From the sequence record DRR723986_5535: DNA of 37,055 nucleotides; one strand, 5' to 3'. Of the stretch, positions 25,831-33,938 are shown in pieces; within the stretch, counting starts at the first letter, position 1; every line of letters begins with the position of its first letter. Below the pieces are notes generated by a model that was not told the DNA's origin, searched no databases, and saw nothing but the letters and a program-made list of their open reading frames with translations. A program made the position numbers and the translations under genes.

Positions 25831-28338
25831 ATGCCAGACAGCGCCCATCCTCCCGCATTTACCTTGCCCGAGCCTTTTGCAGGCTGGTTCGGCGCGCGCG
25901 GCTGGTCGGCGCGGCCGCACCAGCTGGCGCTGGCGGAGACGTCGCTGGCCAGCGAGAGCGCGCTGCTGATCGCGCCGACGGGGGGCGGCAAGACGCTGGC
26001 CGGCTTCCTCGGCAGCCTGATCGAGCTCAGCCAGCAAGGCGTGCGCAGGAATTCCGGCATCCCGGCGCTGCACACGCTCTACATCTCACCGCTGAAGGCG
26101 CTGGCGACGGATGTGCAGCGCAACCTCATGATGCCGGTCGAGGAGATGGGGCTTGGCCTCCGCATCGAGACGCGCACGGGCGACACGCCTTCCCATGTGC
26201 GCCAGCGGCAGCGGAAGACCCCGCCGGACGTGCTGCTGACGACGCCGGAACAGCTGGCCCTGTTCATTGCGTCCGACCATGCGAAGGAATTCTTTGCCGA
26301 CCTGAAATGCGTGATCGTTGACGAGATCCACGCCATCGCCGCCTCGAAGCGTGGGGATTTGCTCTCCCTTGGCCTTGCGACATTGGCACAGTGGGCGCCA
26401 GCCTGCCGCTTCCTCGGCCTGTCCGCCACGGTGCGCGACCCGCATGGCCTGGCCGACTGGCTGGATGTGCGCGGCGACGGGAAGGGCGTACGTATCCTGC
26501 AGGCCGATGGCGGCGTCTCGGCGGATGTCGATATTCTCATTTCAAATCAGCGCATTCCATGGAGCGGTCATTCCGGGCGCTTCGCTGTGCCGGAGGTTTA
26601 CGAAGCCATCAAAAAGGCGACGATGACACTGGTCTTCGTCAACACGCGCAGCCAGGCAGAGCTGATGTTCCAGGAGCTGTGGAACGTGAACGAGGATGGT
26701 CTGCCGATCGCGCTGCACCATGGCTCCCTGTCGCGGGAACAGCGCACAAAGGTCGAGGCGGCCATGGCGGCGGGCAGACTGAAAGCCGTCGTCTGCACCT
26801 CGACGCTGGACCTTGGCATCGACTGGGGGGAGGTGGACCTCGTCATCCAGATGGGCGCGCCGAAAGGGGCCGCGCGGCTGATCCAGCGCATCGGCCGGGC
26901 CAACCACCGGATGGACGAAGCGAGCCGCGCCGTGCTGGTGCCGACCAACCGGTTCGAAGTGCTGGAATGCCGCGCCGCCGAGGCCGCCGTGGAAGCCGGA
27001 GAGATCGACGGCGAGGGCCTGAGGCAGGGCGCCCTCGACGTGCTGGCCCAGCATGTCATGGGCCGCGCCTGCGGCGACGGGTTCGACCTCACCGAGCTCT
27101 ATGACGAGATTGTCCGTGCCGGGCCTTACCAGGATCTGGACTGGGAGGCCTTTGAAAGAATTGTCGATTTTGTCGCCACGGGCGGCTATGCCCTGAAGAC
27201 CTATGACCGCTATCACCGTATCGTGCGCCGATCGGACGGACGCTGGGTGGCACGCACACCGCGGGATGCGCAGGCACACCGGATGAATGTCGGGGCCATC
27301 GTCGAGGCGCCCATGCTGTCTGTCCGGATGGCGAGCTTCATCGGCAAACCCACAGCGGGTGAGCAGCGGGCGGTTCGGGCCGGCCACAAGCTGGGCGAGA
27401 TGGAAGAATACTTCCTCTCGCAGCTGACCCCCGGCGACACCTTCCTGTTTGGCGGCGAGGTGCTGCGCCTTGTCGGCATAGAGGGGCTGGACGCGCTGGT
27501 CGTCCGCGCAACCGGCGACCGGCCCGCGATCCCCAGCTACAATGGCGGCAAGTTCCCGCTGACGACCTTCCTGGCCGACCGCGTGCGCCACATGATCCAT
27601 AACCCCGAGGAATGGCGCCACCTGCCGCAGCCAGTGCAGGAATGGTTCGAGATCCAGCGCCTGCGTTCGGAGATCCCGCCGCCCGACCATCTGCTGGTCG
27701 AAACCTTCCCGCGCGGCGACCGGCACTACCTTGTCACTTACCCCTTTGAAGGCCGCCTCGCACACCAGACCCTCGGCATGTTGGTGACCCGCCGGCTGGA
27801 GCGGATCGGCGCCAAACCGACCGGCTTTGTGGCCAGTGAATACGCCATGGCCGTCTGGGGCATGGAGGACCTCGGCCCTTTAAACATGGAAGAATTATTC
27901 CATCCGGACATGCTGGGCGACGACCTTGAAGCCTGGCTGGACGAGAGCGCCCTGATGAAGCGCACATTTGGCCAGTGCGCGCAGATTTCCGGCCTGATCC
28001 ACCGCAACCTGCCCGGCAAGGAGAAGAACTCAAGACAGGTCAGCTTCTCCACCGATCTCATCTATGACGTGCTGCGCAGCCATGAGCCGGATCACGTGCT
28101 CCTGCAGGCGGCACGACAGGATGCGGCGACGGGCCTCTTGGATGTGCGGCGCCTGGGGGAGATGCTGGTGCGCATCCAGAGCAAGATCGACCATGTGCCG
28201 CTGGAGCGGATCAGCCCCTTTGCCGTGCCCGTGATGCTGGAGATCGGGAAGGAGCCCGTCTTCGGCGCGAGCGTGCAGGACGCGATCCTCAGCGAGGCGG
28301 AAGACACGCTGGTACGCGACGCCATGCGCATCGACTAG
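25831..28338 (+). CDS. lhr: Lhr-core DEXH-box helicase (ligase-associated DNA damage response)
   Basis: APTGGGKT, YISPLKAL, DEIH, SAT, HHGSL, LDLGID, QRIGR; 835 aa. Confidence 0.95.
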   Translation: MPDSAHPPAFTLPEPFAGWFGARGWSARPHQLALAETSLASESALLIAPTGGGKTLAGFLGSLIELSQQGVRRNSGIPALHTLYISPLKALATDVQRNLMMPVEEMGLGLRIETRTGDTPSHVRQRQRKTPPDVLLTTPEQLALFIASDHAKEFFADLKCVIVDEIHAIAASKRGDLLSLGLATLAQWAPACRFLGLSATVRDPHGLADWLDVRGDGKGVRILQADGGVSADVDILISNQRIPWSGHSGRFAVPEVYEAIKKATMTLVFVNTRSQAELMFQELWNVNEDGLPIALHHGSLSREQRTKVEAAMAAGRLKAVVCTSTLDLGIDWGEVDLVIQMGAPKGAARLIQRIGRANHRMDEASRAVLVPTNRFEVLECRAAEAAVEAGEIDGEGLRQGALDVLAQHVMGRACGDGFDLTELYDEIVRAGPYQDLDWEAFERIVDFVATGGYALKTYDRYHRIVRRSDGRWVARTPRDAQAHRMNVGAIVEAPMLSVRMASFIGKPTAGEQRAVRAGHKLGEMEEYFLSQLTPGDTFLFGGEVLRLVGIEGLDALVVRATGDRPAIPSYNGGKFPLTTFLADRVRHMIHNPEEWRHLPQPVQEWFEIQRLRSEIPPPDHLLVETFPRGDRHYLVTYPFEGRLAHQTLGMLVTRRLERIGAKPTGFVASEYAMAVWGMEDLGPLNMEELFHPDMLGDDLEAWLDESALMKRTFGQCAQISGLIHRNLPGKEKNSRQVSFSTDLIYDVLRSHEPDHVLLQAARQDAATGLLDVRRLGEMLVRIQSKIDHVPLERISPFAVPVMLEIGKEPVFGASVQDAILSEAEDTLVRDAMRID

Positions 28339-28425
28339 GGGGGGATAGACCGGCCCGCCGGACGATACAAAACACGATAACGAGTACGATATACGGACGA
28401 TTTATACACGATATACAGCGCCCCC
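28338..28425 (+). repeat. Intergenic element copy 2 (G7-ATA plus five ACGAT units)
   Basis: ACGAT at 28362, 28374, 28386, 28397 and 28408 (spacing 12,12,11,11); homologous to 2486-2557 on the minus strand. Confidence 0.78.
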
Positions 28426-28447
28426 TTCGCGGGGCCGCATTCGGCAT

Positions 28448-28482
28448 TTGACCGGTTTTGCGAGCCGGTCCAGAGTTCGCCC
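28448..28482 (+). promoter_or_regulatory. Putative leaderless sigma70 promoter of pdeM
   Basis: TTGACC-17 nt-CAGAGT-6 nt-ATG, no SD. Confidence 0.5.
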
Positions 28483-29208
28483 ATGACACCAGCCCTCGCA
28501 AACCGGCGTGAAGAGACCTTCCTGCATCTTGCGGGCGAGCTGCTCGTGCCGCTGCCGGAGGGCGGCCTCTGGTGGCCGGGCCAGCGCCTGCTGGTCGTCT
28601 CCGACCTGCACCTTGAGAAGGGCAGCGCCTATGCCGCGCGCGGCCAGATGCTGCCGCCCTATGACACGGGCGCAACCCTCGCCGTGGTCGAGCGGCTGTG
28701 TGCGCAGCTGATGCCACAGACGATTATCTCCCTCGGCGACAGCTTCCATGACCGGGCGGCGGAGCTGCGCCTGCCGGAGCCTTACGCGGAACGCATTTGC
28801 GCGCTGACCTCCGCCCATGACTGGATCTGGGTGGAAGGCAATCACGACCCCGACCCGCCGGCGCATCTGGGCGGCCGGGCGGAGAAGACTGTGCGGCTAG
28901 GGGCCCTCGTCTTCCGCCACGAGCCGGAAGGGGAGGCAGGCGAGGTTGCCGGGCACCTGCACCCCGTCGCGAAAGTGAAAGGCCGTGGACGGAATGTCCG
29001 CCGCCGCTGCTTCGCCAGCGACGGCGCCCGCCTCGTCATGCCCGCCCTCGGCGCCTTCACCGGCGGCCTCAACGTGCTCGACGACGCCTTCGACAAAGTC
29101 TTCCCGGAGGGCCTGACAGCCTTTGCGCTGGGCGAAGGGAAGGTGTTCGTGCTTTCCGGCGGGAGTTTGCTGGGCGACGTACCTCGCGGGGCCCAGTGGA
29201 AGCTTTAA
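28483..29208 (+). CDS. pdeM: Ligase-associated metallophosphoesterase/endonuclease PdeM (MPE)
   Basis: SDLHLEKG, LPPYDT, LGDSFHD, GNHD, GHLHP, MPALGAFTGGLNV; directly after lhr. Confidence 0.93.
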   Translation: MTPALANRREETFLHLAGELLVPLPEGGLWWPGQRLLVVSDLHLEKGSAYAARGQMLPPYDTGATLAVVERLCAQLMPQTIISLGDSFHDRAAELRLPEPYAERICALTSAHDWIWVEGNHDPDPPAHLGGRAEKTVRLGALVFRHEPEGEAGEVAGHLHPVAKVKGRGRNVRRRCFASDGARLVMPALGAFTGGLNVLDDAFDKVFPEGLTAFALGEGKVFVLSGGSLLGDVPRGAQWKL

Positions 29209-29249
29209 AGAACTGTGGACGAGGTGTCACCGATACTCACCCTTGTATT

Positions 29250-29501
29250 GTCATTTTGGTATAGGATTTGGCTGACAGGCGGGGCCTGTCTCCACCCTTG
29301 GTCTTTGCGGACCGCAGCGTAGCCCATGGCCCACCTGTCAGTTTGAGTTCGCCCTGAACAGTTGACAGGGGCGGGTGTTGGAAGCGCCCGGCCGCGCATG
29401 ACAAGGACAGGCACACCATGCCCCAGAATGTCATCGACATCGATATTGCCATGGACTGGATCGACACCCATTGCCTCGACAGCGGCCGGGCGGGCCGCAT
29501 T
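29250..29501 (+). mobile_element. IS110-family remnant: structured left non-coding end plus first ~28 codons of a degenerate transposase (left boundary approximate)
   Basis: AAGGA SD and ATG 29418 give MPQNVIDIDIAMDWIDTHCLDSGR, two single-base changes (GAC/GGC, ATG/AAG) from the IS110 N-terminal pattern IGIDIAKDWID; preceded by ~150 nt with four hairpins. Confidence 0.6.
29270..29400 (+). ncRNA. Candidate IS110 bridge-RNA-like structured RNA (boundaries uncertain)
   Basis: Hairpins at 29274-29290, 29300-29313, 29334-29369 and 29372-29390, downstream of a -10-like TAGGAT (29262-29267) and upstream of the IS110-like start. Confidence 0.35.
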
Positions 29502-29702
29502 ATCGTTGCCCTTGGGGCAGAGGGAAAAAAGGGCGACCGGGTCGTTGCGAAAACCACGGGCGGCGAAGTGATGGCGAAGGTTCTGGAGCGGAAAAGCAGC
29601 TGCACCATGGCACTCGCCTCGCTGAACCCCGACTATCCCACGCGCGAGTTCAAACCGGCGGAAATTGCCTGGATCGCGCGCGTTTTATGGGCCAGCCAAT
29701 AG
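29496..29702 (+). pseudogene. C-terminal fragment of an S24 peptidase (LexA/CI-like) HTH regulator
   Basis: RIIVALGAEGKKGDRVVAKTTGGEVMAKVL...LASLNPDYP...IAWIARVLWASQ; HTH and the catalytic Ser motif (GDSM) are absent. Confidence 0.75.
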
Positions 29703-29769
29703 GAATTGTTGACTCACATGTGACATCCGGTGCTTTGCAAACGCCTCAAAAGCGGGTGATTACGCGCGC

Positions 29770-31269
29770 ATGACTGACAAGCCCATTGAAGAGCCGACCC
29801 CGCAGGAATCCCTCGACCCGGAAAACTGGGACGAATTCCGCGCGCAGGCCCGTCACATGCTGGATGCCGCCATCGACCGGCTGCAGGACGCCCGCCAGGG
29901 CCGCGTGTGGACCGAGCTGCCGGGCGAGATCAAGGATACGTTGAAGGCGCCGCTGCCCCGCGAGGGCTGGGGCGTGCCGGACGTGATGGGGCGGATGGAG
30001 GCGCTGCTGCCCTATGGCGCGGGCAACACCAATCCGCGCTTCTTCGGCTGGGTGCATGGCTCCGGCACGCCGGCAAACCTGCTGGCCGAGATTGCCGCCA
30101 GCGCGATGAACGCCAATGTCGGCGGGCGCGACCATGGCGCGATCTATGTCGAGAAACAGGTCGTGCGCTGGTGCCGGGAGCTGTTCGAGTTTCCGGAAAC
30201 CGCGAGCGGCATTGTCGTCTCCGGCACGTCCATCGCGACGATCATCGCGGTGAAGGTGGCGCGGGATGCGCGGCTGAACTTCCACAGCCGCAAGGAAGGC
30301 ATCTGCGGGCATGGCCTGGTCGGCTATACTTCGACCGAAACCCACTCTTGCGTCGCGCGGGCGTTTGACCTCCTCGGCCTCGGCACGGACGCGCTGCGCA
30401 AGATCCCGGCGAATGACCGGTTTGAGATCGACATGGACGCCCTCAAGGCCGCCATCGCCGCCGACCGGGAAGCGGGCCTCACGCCCTTCATCGTTATCGG
30501 CACGGCCGGCACGGTGAATGTCGGCGCGATCGACCCGCTGGAGGAGCTCGCCGACCTCGCTGCAGAAGAGAGCCTGTGGTTCCACATCGATGGCGCTTTT
30601 GGATCGCTCGGTGTGCTGAGCGACCGAGTGAAGGACCGGTTGACCGGCGTGAAGCGCGCGGACTCGCTGGCCTTCGATTTCCACAAATGGCTGCACGTGA
30701 ACTACGATGCAGGCTTTGCGCTCATCCGGGACGAGAAACTGCACCGCGCCGCCTTTACTGATCGGCCGGATTACCTGACCGCCAAGGCGCGCGGCCTTGC
30801 GGGCGGTAATCCGTGGCCTGTCGAATATGGCCCGGAGCTGTCGCGTGGGTTCCGGGCCCTCAAAGTGTGGGCGCAGATCGCCGAGTTCGGGACAGACCGT
30901 CTCGGCCGCATGATCGAGCGCAACTGCTACCAGGCGTCATACCTGGGTGAGCAGGTGGAGAAGACGCCGGGCCTCGAACTGCTGGCGCCGGTGGCGCTGA
31001 ACATCTGCTGTTTCCGCTATACCGAGCCCGGCCTCTCCGACGCGGTGCTGGACGCGGTGAACGACGAGATCGTTATCCAGCTGCAGGAGCAGGGGAGCGC
31101 GGCGCCATCGACCACGCGCCTGAAAGGGCGTCTCGCCATCCGCGTGAACATCACCAACCACCGTACCGCCCGCGCCGATCTCGACATCCTGCTGGATGAA
31201 GTGCAACGCATCGCCGCCTCGCCGGAAGTTGCGGCAGTCAAGGAAGCGGCGCTCAAGGATGCGGGCTAG
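29770..31269 (+). CDS. Group II PLP-dependent decarboxylase (aromatic amino acid/glutamate/DABA decarboxylase family)
   Basis: PRFFGWV, VSGTS, GTAGTVNVGAIDP, HIDGAFG, DFHKWL (PLP lysine), SRGFRALKVW. Confidence 0.92.
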   Translation: MTDKPIEEPTPQESLDPENWDEFRAQARHMLDAAIDRLQDARQGRVWTELPGEIKDTLKAPLPREGWGVPDVMGRMEALLPYGAGNTNPRFFGWVHGSGTPANLLAEIAASAMNANVGGRDHGAIYVEKQVVRWCRELFEFPETASGIVVSGTSIATIIAVKVARDARLNFHSRKEGICGHGLVGYTSTETHSCVARAFDLLGLGTDALRKIPANDRFEIDMDALKAAIAADREAGLTPFIVIGTAGTVNVGAIDPLEELADLAAEESLWFHIDGAFGSLGVLSDRVKDRLTGVKRADSLAFDFHKWLHVNYDAGFALIRDEKLHRAAFTDRPDYLTAKARGLAGGNPWPVEYGPELSRGFRALKVWAQIAEFGTDRLGRMIERNCYQASYLGEQVEKTPGLELLAPVALNICCFRYTEPGLSDAVLDAVNDEIVIQLQEQGSAAPSTTRLKGRLAIRVNITNHRTARADLDILLDEVQRIAASPEVAAVKEAALKDAG

Positions 31270-31308
31270 GCCCTTGCCGCAGGCACAAGAAACGGTCAGA
31301 AGTCAGTG

Positions 31309-32214
31309 ATGGATTGGGGCAAACTGAGATCGTTCCACGCTGCCGCGGAAGCTGGCAGCCTGACGTCCGCCGGAGACCGGCTGGGCATTTCGCAGTCGGC
31401 TGTCTCGCGCCAGATCGCGGCGCTGGAGGAGGCGCTGGGTGTGTCGCTGTTCCAGCGCCATGCGCGCGGCCTTGTGCTGACCGATGCGGGCCACACGCTG
31501 TTCCGCTCCACCATGGACATGGCGCAGGCGGCCCAGTCAGCGAACACGGCGTTGCGCGACCAGCAGGAGACGCCTCAGGGCGAGCTGATCGTGTCCGCGC
31601 CGGTTGCCTTCGGCTCCACCTGGCTGGTGCCGCGCCTTGGCGGCTTTGTGAAAAAGCACCCGGACCTGCACCTCGACCTGCGCCTCGAAGACCGGGAATA
31701 CGACCTGTTGAAGCTGGAGGCCGAATGCGCCATTCGCCTCTGGGCCGCCGACAAGGCAGACCTGATCCAGCGCAAGCTCGGCACGGTGGCGACGAACCTC
31801 TACGCCTCGCCGGAATATCTGAAGACCGCCGGCATGCCACGCACGCCGCAGGATCTGGATAATCACCGCATCATCGCCTATGGCGACGAAAGCTCGCCCC
31901 TGCAGGAGATGAGCTTTGCCTGCCGTGTGGGCCGCGACGACGCCCCGCCGCGCCCGGCCACGCTGAAGGTGAACAATGTCTTCGCCATGCTCCGCGCGGT
32001 TGATGCTGGTCTCGGGATTGCGGACGTGCCGGACTATATGGCCTCCACCATGCCGCGGCTGGTGAAGGTCTTGCCGGAAAATGTCGGCCCGATCTTCGAC
32101 CTCTACTTTATCTACCCAAGCGATCTGCGCCGTTCGAAGCGGGTTGCGGCCTTCCGCGACTTCGTAACAGCTGAAACAGAACAGCTACGCCGGTCAGCCA
32201 TGCGGCAGGTCTAA
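31309..32214 (+). CDS. lsrB: LysR family regulator, LsrB/VtlR-like
   Basis: MDWGKLRSFHAAAEAGS...SQSAVSRQI...LFQRHARGLVLT, DLIQRKL, LDNHRII and AFRDFV match the LsrB/VtlR subfamily as recalled. LysR family is certain; orthology is inferred. Confidence 0.8.
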   Translation: MDWGKLRSFHAAAEAGSLTSAGDRLGISQSAVSRQIAALEEALGVSLFQRHARGLVLTDAGHTLFRSTMDMAQAAQSANTALRDQQETPQGELIVSAPVAFGSTWLVPRLGGFVKKHPDLHLDLRLEDREYDLLKLEAECAIRLWAADKADLIQRKLGTVATNLYASPEYLKTAGMPRTPQDLDNHRIIAYGDESSPLQEMSFACRVGRDDAPPRPATLKVNNVFAMLRAVDAGLGIADVPDYMASTMPRLVKVLPENVGPIFDLYFIYPSDLRRSKRVAAFRDFVTAETEQLRRSAMRQV

Positions 32215-32229
32215 ATGAACACTCGTTAA

Positions 32230-32247
32230 TCATGCATAATTGCATGA
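32230..32247. promoter_or_regulatory. Palindromic operator upstream of the sRNA (candidate LsrB/VtlR site)
   Basis: TCATGCA-TAAT-TGCATGA perfect arms, ~20 nt upstream of a TTGTGC -35 candidate (32268). Confidence 0.55.
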
Positions 32248-32299
32248 GTGATCTGACACAGTGACGGTTGTGCAAGTGCGAAAAGGGACTATCTAGGCG

Positions 32300-32413
32300 T
32301 TATGCCAAGGGTCCCGGGCATTACCCAATCATTCCTCCGATTGGGCGTTTCCTCCCCCTTCGGGACCCGATACTCACAAGCCCGGCGCGTCAATCGCAGC
32401 CGGGCTTTTTTTT
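32300..32413 (+). ncRNA. suhB/alpha-r8 (MmgR-like) small RNA, 5' end approximate
   Basis: CCCAATC-ATTCCTCC-GATTGGG hairpin followed by CGTTTCCTCCC (two anti-SD motifs), enclosed by GGGTCCCG/CGGGACCC and ended by a GC hairpin with T8. Confidence 0.7.
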
Positions 32414-33846
32414 CGATCCCCAATCAGGCCGCGGGATTCCAGCTTGCCAATCACCAGATACACCGCCAGCGCAGCCAGCACGGCAAACAGGTAGGCCCCC
32501 TCATAGCCCTGCGTCCAGCCGGGCATGGACTCTGCAGCCGCCTCATCGAAAAGGCTGACGAACCAGGCCGGCATGCCCTCTCCGAAAAAACTGGCCAGCG
32601 CCCCGGCGACCATGGCCCCGAGGGCCGCCATTTCGCGTCCAAATTTGGAATGTAGTCCGATCAGCAGGGCGACCGCAATGCCAGCCGAGCCGAAGGATGA
32701 GGCAATCTCGACAAGGCCCTTGATCGTCTCGCCCGAGGCCGCGATGGCATAGGCGAAGAGGCCTGCCAACAGGGTGAGCGAGCGGCCAAAGAGCAGCTTG
32801 CGCGGCTCCGGCAGGTTGCGCGCCACGCGCTCGATCAGGTTCCGGCTGGCGATGGCGGAGACGGCGAGCAGGGTCGTGTCCACCGTCGACAGGATGGCTG
32901 AGACGAGCGCCCCCATTAGCACAGTGTACATGAGCGGCGAGAGATACTGCCGCGCCAGTTCAGGCAGGTAGCTGTCGGTGCTCTTGGCCTCGAACCCTGC
33001 CGCATGGCCGAGCAGGCCGATGATCAGTGGGACTGCACCCAGCACGAGGTAGAGCCCGGAGGCGAGGTAGCAGCCCATGCGGGCGATGCTGGCGGACTTC
33101 GCGCCAAGGAAGCGGGAGATCGCCTCCTGCGCCACGAGCGAGCCGACGATGGGGATCATCCAGGCGTCGATCGAGGAGAGCCAGCTTTCCTTCGTGCCGC
33201 CTTCTTCTGCGAGGCGCCATTGCAGCTGTTCCGGCCCGATATGGGAGAAGGAGAAATCGCCGGTGGCGAGCACTGTAATCAGCAGGATGATCAGGCCGGC
33301 CATCATCACGGCGCCCTGCACCATGTCGGTCATTGCATCGCCGAGCAGCCCACCGATCGTCGTGTAGAGGATGATGATCACCGCGCCGGCGAACAGGGCG
33401 AAGCCGAGATCTATCCCCGCCGTCTCAGACAGGATCTGGCCCATGGCGAGCAGCTGGGCAGAGGCCCAGATGATCGAAGTCGGGATAGTGAGGATCGCGG
33501 CGGTGACTTCCGCGCGCTGGCCGAAGCGCAGCTGCATATAGTCCGGGAAGGTCATCACGCCGGCTTCGCGCAGCTTGTAGGCGAGGAAGAGGGCCATGCC
33601 GATCAGGCAGAGCGTGTAGCCAAACGGGTCTGCGCGACCGCCGGCCAGGCCTTCCTCGGCAATGGCGCCCGAGGCGCCCATCACCGTCTCTGCCCCGAAC
33701 CATGTGGCAAAGACCGAGACGCCGACCATCAGCACACCAAACCGGCGCCCCGCGACAAAATAATCGGCTTCGGAAATGACGAACCGGCTGGCCCAGACCG
33801 CGATGGCAAATTGCAGCACGATATAGACCGCTAGCGCAGCGACCAT
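32374..33846 (-). CDS. Sodium:solute symporter (SSS) family protein
   Basis: DYFVAGR, SVFATWFGAET, YTTIGGLLGDAMTDMVQ, SAILSTVDT; about 13 TM segments. Confidence 0.92.
   Translation of the reverse strand: MVAALAVYIVLQFAIAVWASRFVISEADYFVAGRRFGVLMVGVSVFATWFGAETVMGASGAIAEEGLAGGRADPFGYTLCLIGMALFLAYKLREAGVMTFPDYMQLRFGQRAEVTAAILTIPTSIIWASAQLLAMGQILSETAGIDLGFALFAGAVIIILYTTIGGLLGDAMTDMVQGAVMMAGLIILLITVLATGDFSFSHIGPEQLQWRLAEEGGTKESWLSSIDAWMIPIVGSLVAQEAISRFLGAKSASIARMGCYLASGLYLVLGAVPLIIGLLGHAAGFEAKSTDSYLPELARQYLSPLMYTVLMGALVSAILSTVDTTLLAVSAIASRNLIERVARNLPEPRKLLFGRSLTLLAGLFAYAIAASGETIKGLVEIASSFGSAGIAVALLIGLHSKFGREMAALGAMVAGALASFFGEGMPAWFVSLFDEAAAESMPGWTQGYEGAYLFAVLAALAVYLVIGKLESRGLIGDRKKSPAAIDAPGL
32378..32413 (+). 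terminator. Intrinsic terminator of the sRNA
   Basis: AAGCCCGGC-GCGTCAATCGCA-GCCGGGC-TTTTTTTT. Confidence 0.85.
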
Positions 33847-33938
33847 CCGCCAGATCTCCCGTCTCAGCCCGTCAGAAGAGCGAAACGGTTATGACTTTTT
33901 GGCCGCCGCGCAAGCGGTTTGTTTTGGGGCCGGACGCC

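Noticed and set aside
28362-28420. Possible mini-CRISPR array
   Set aside because: Units are only 11-12 nt with no 25-45-nt repeat/spacer structure and no cas genes.
29418-29702. Prophage repressor or prophage boundary
   Set aside because: No integrase, structural or other phage genes nearby; only a gene fragment.
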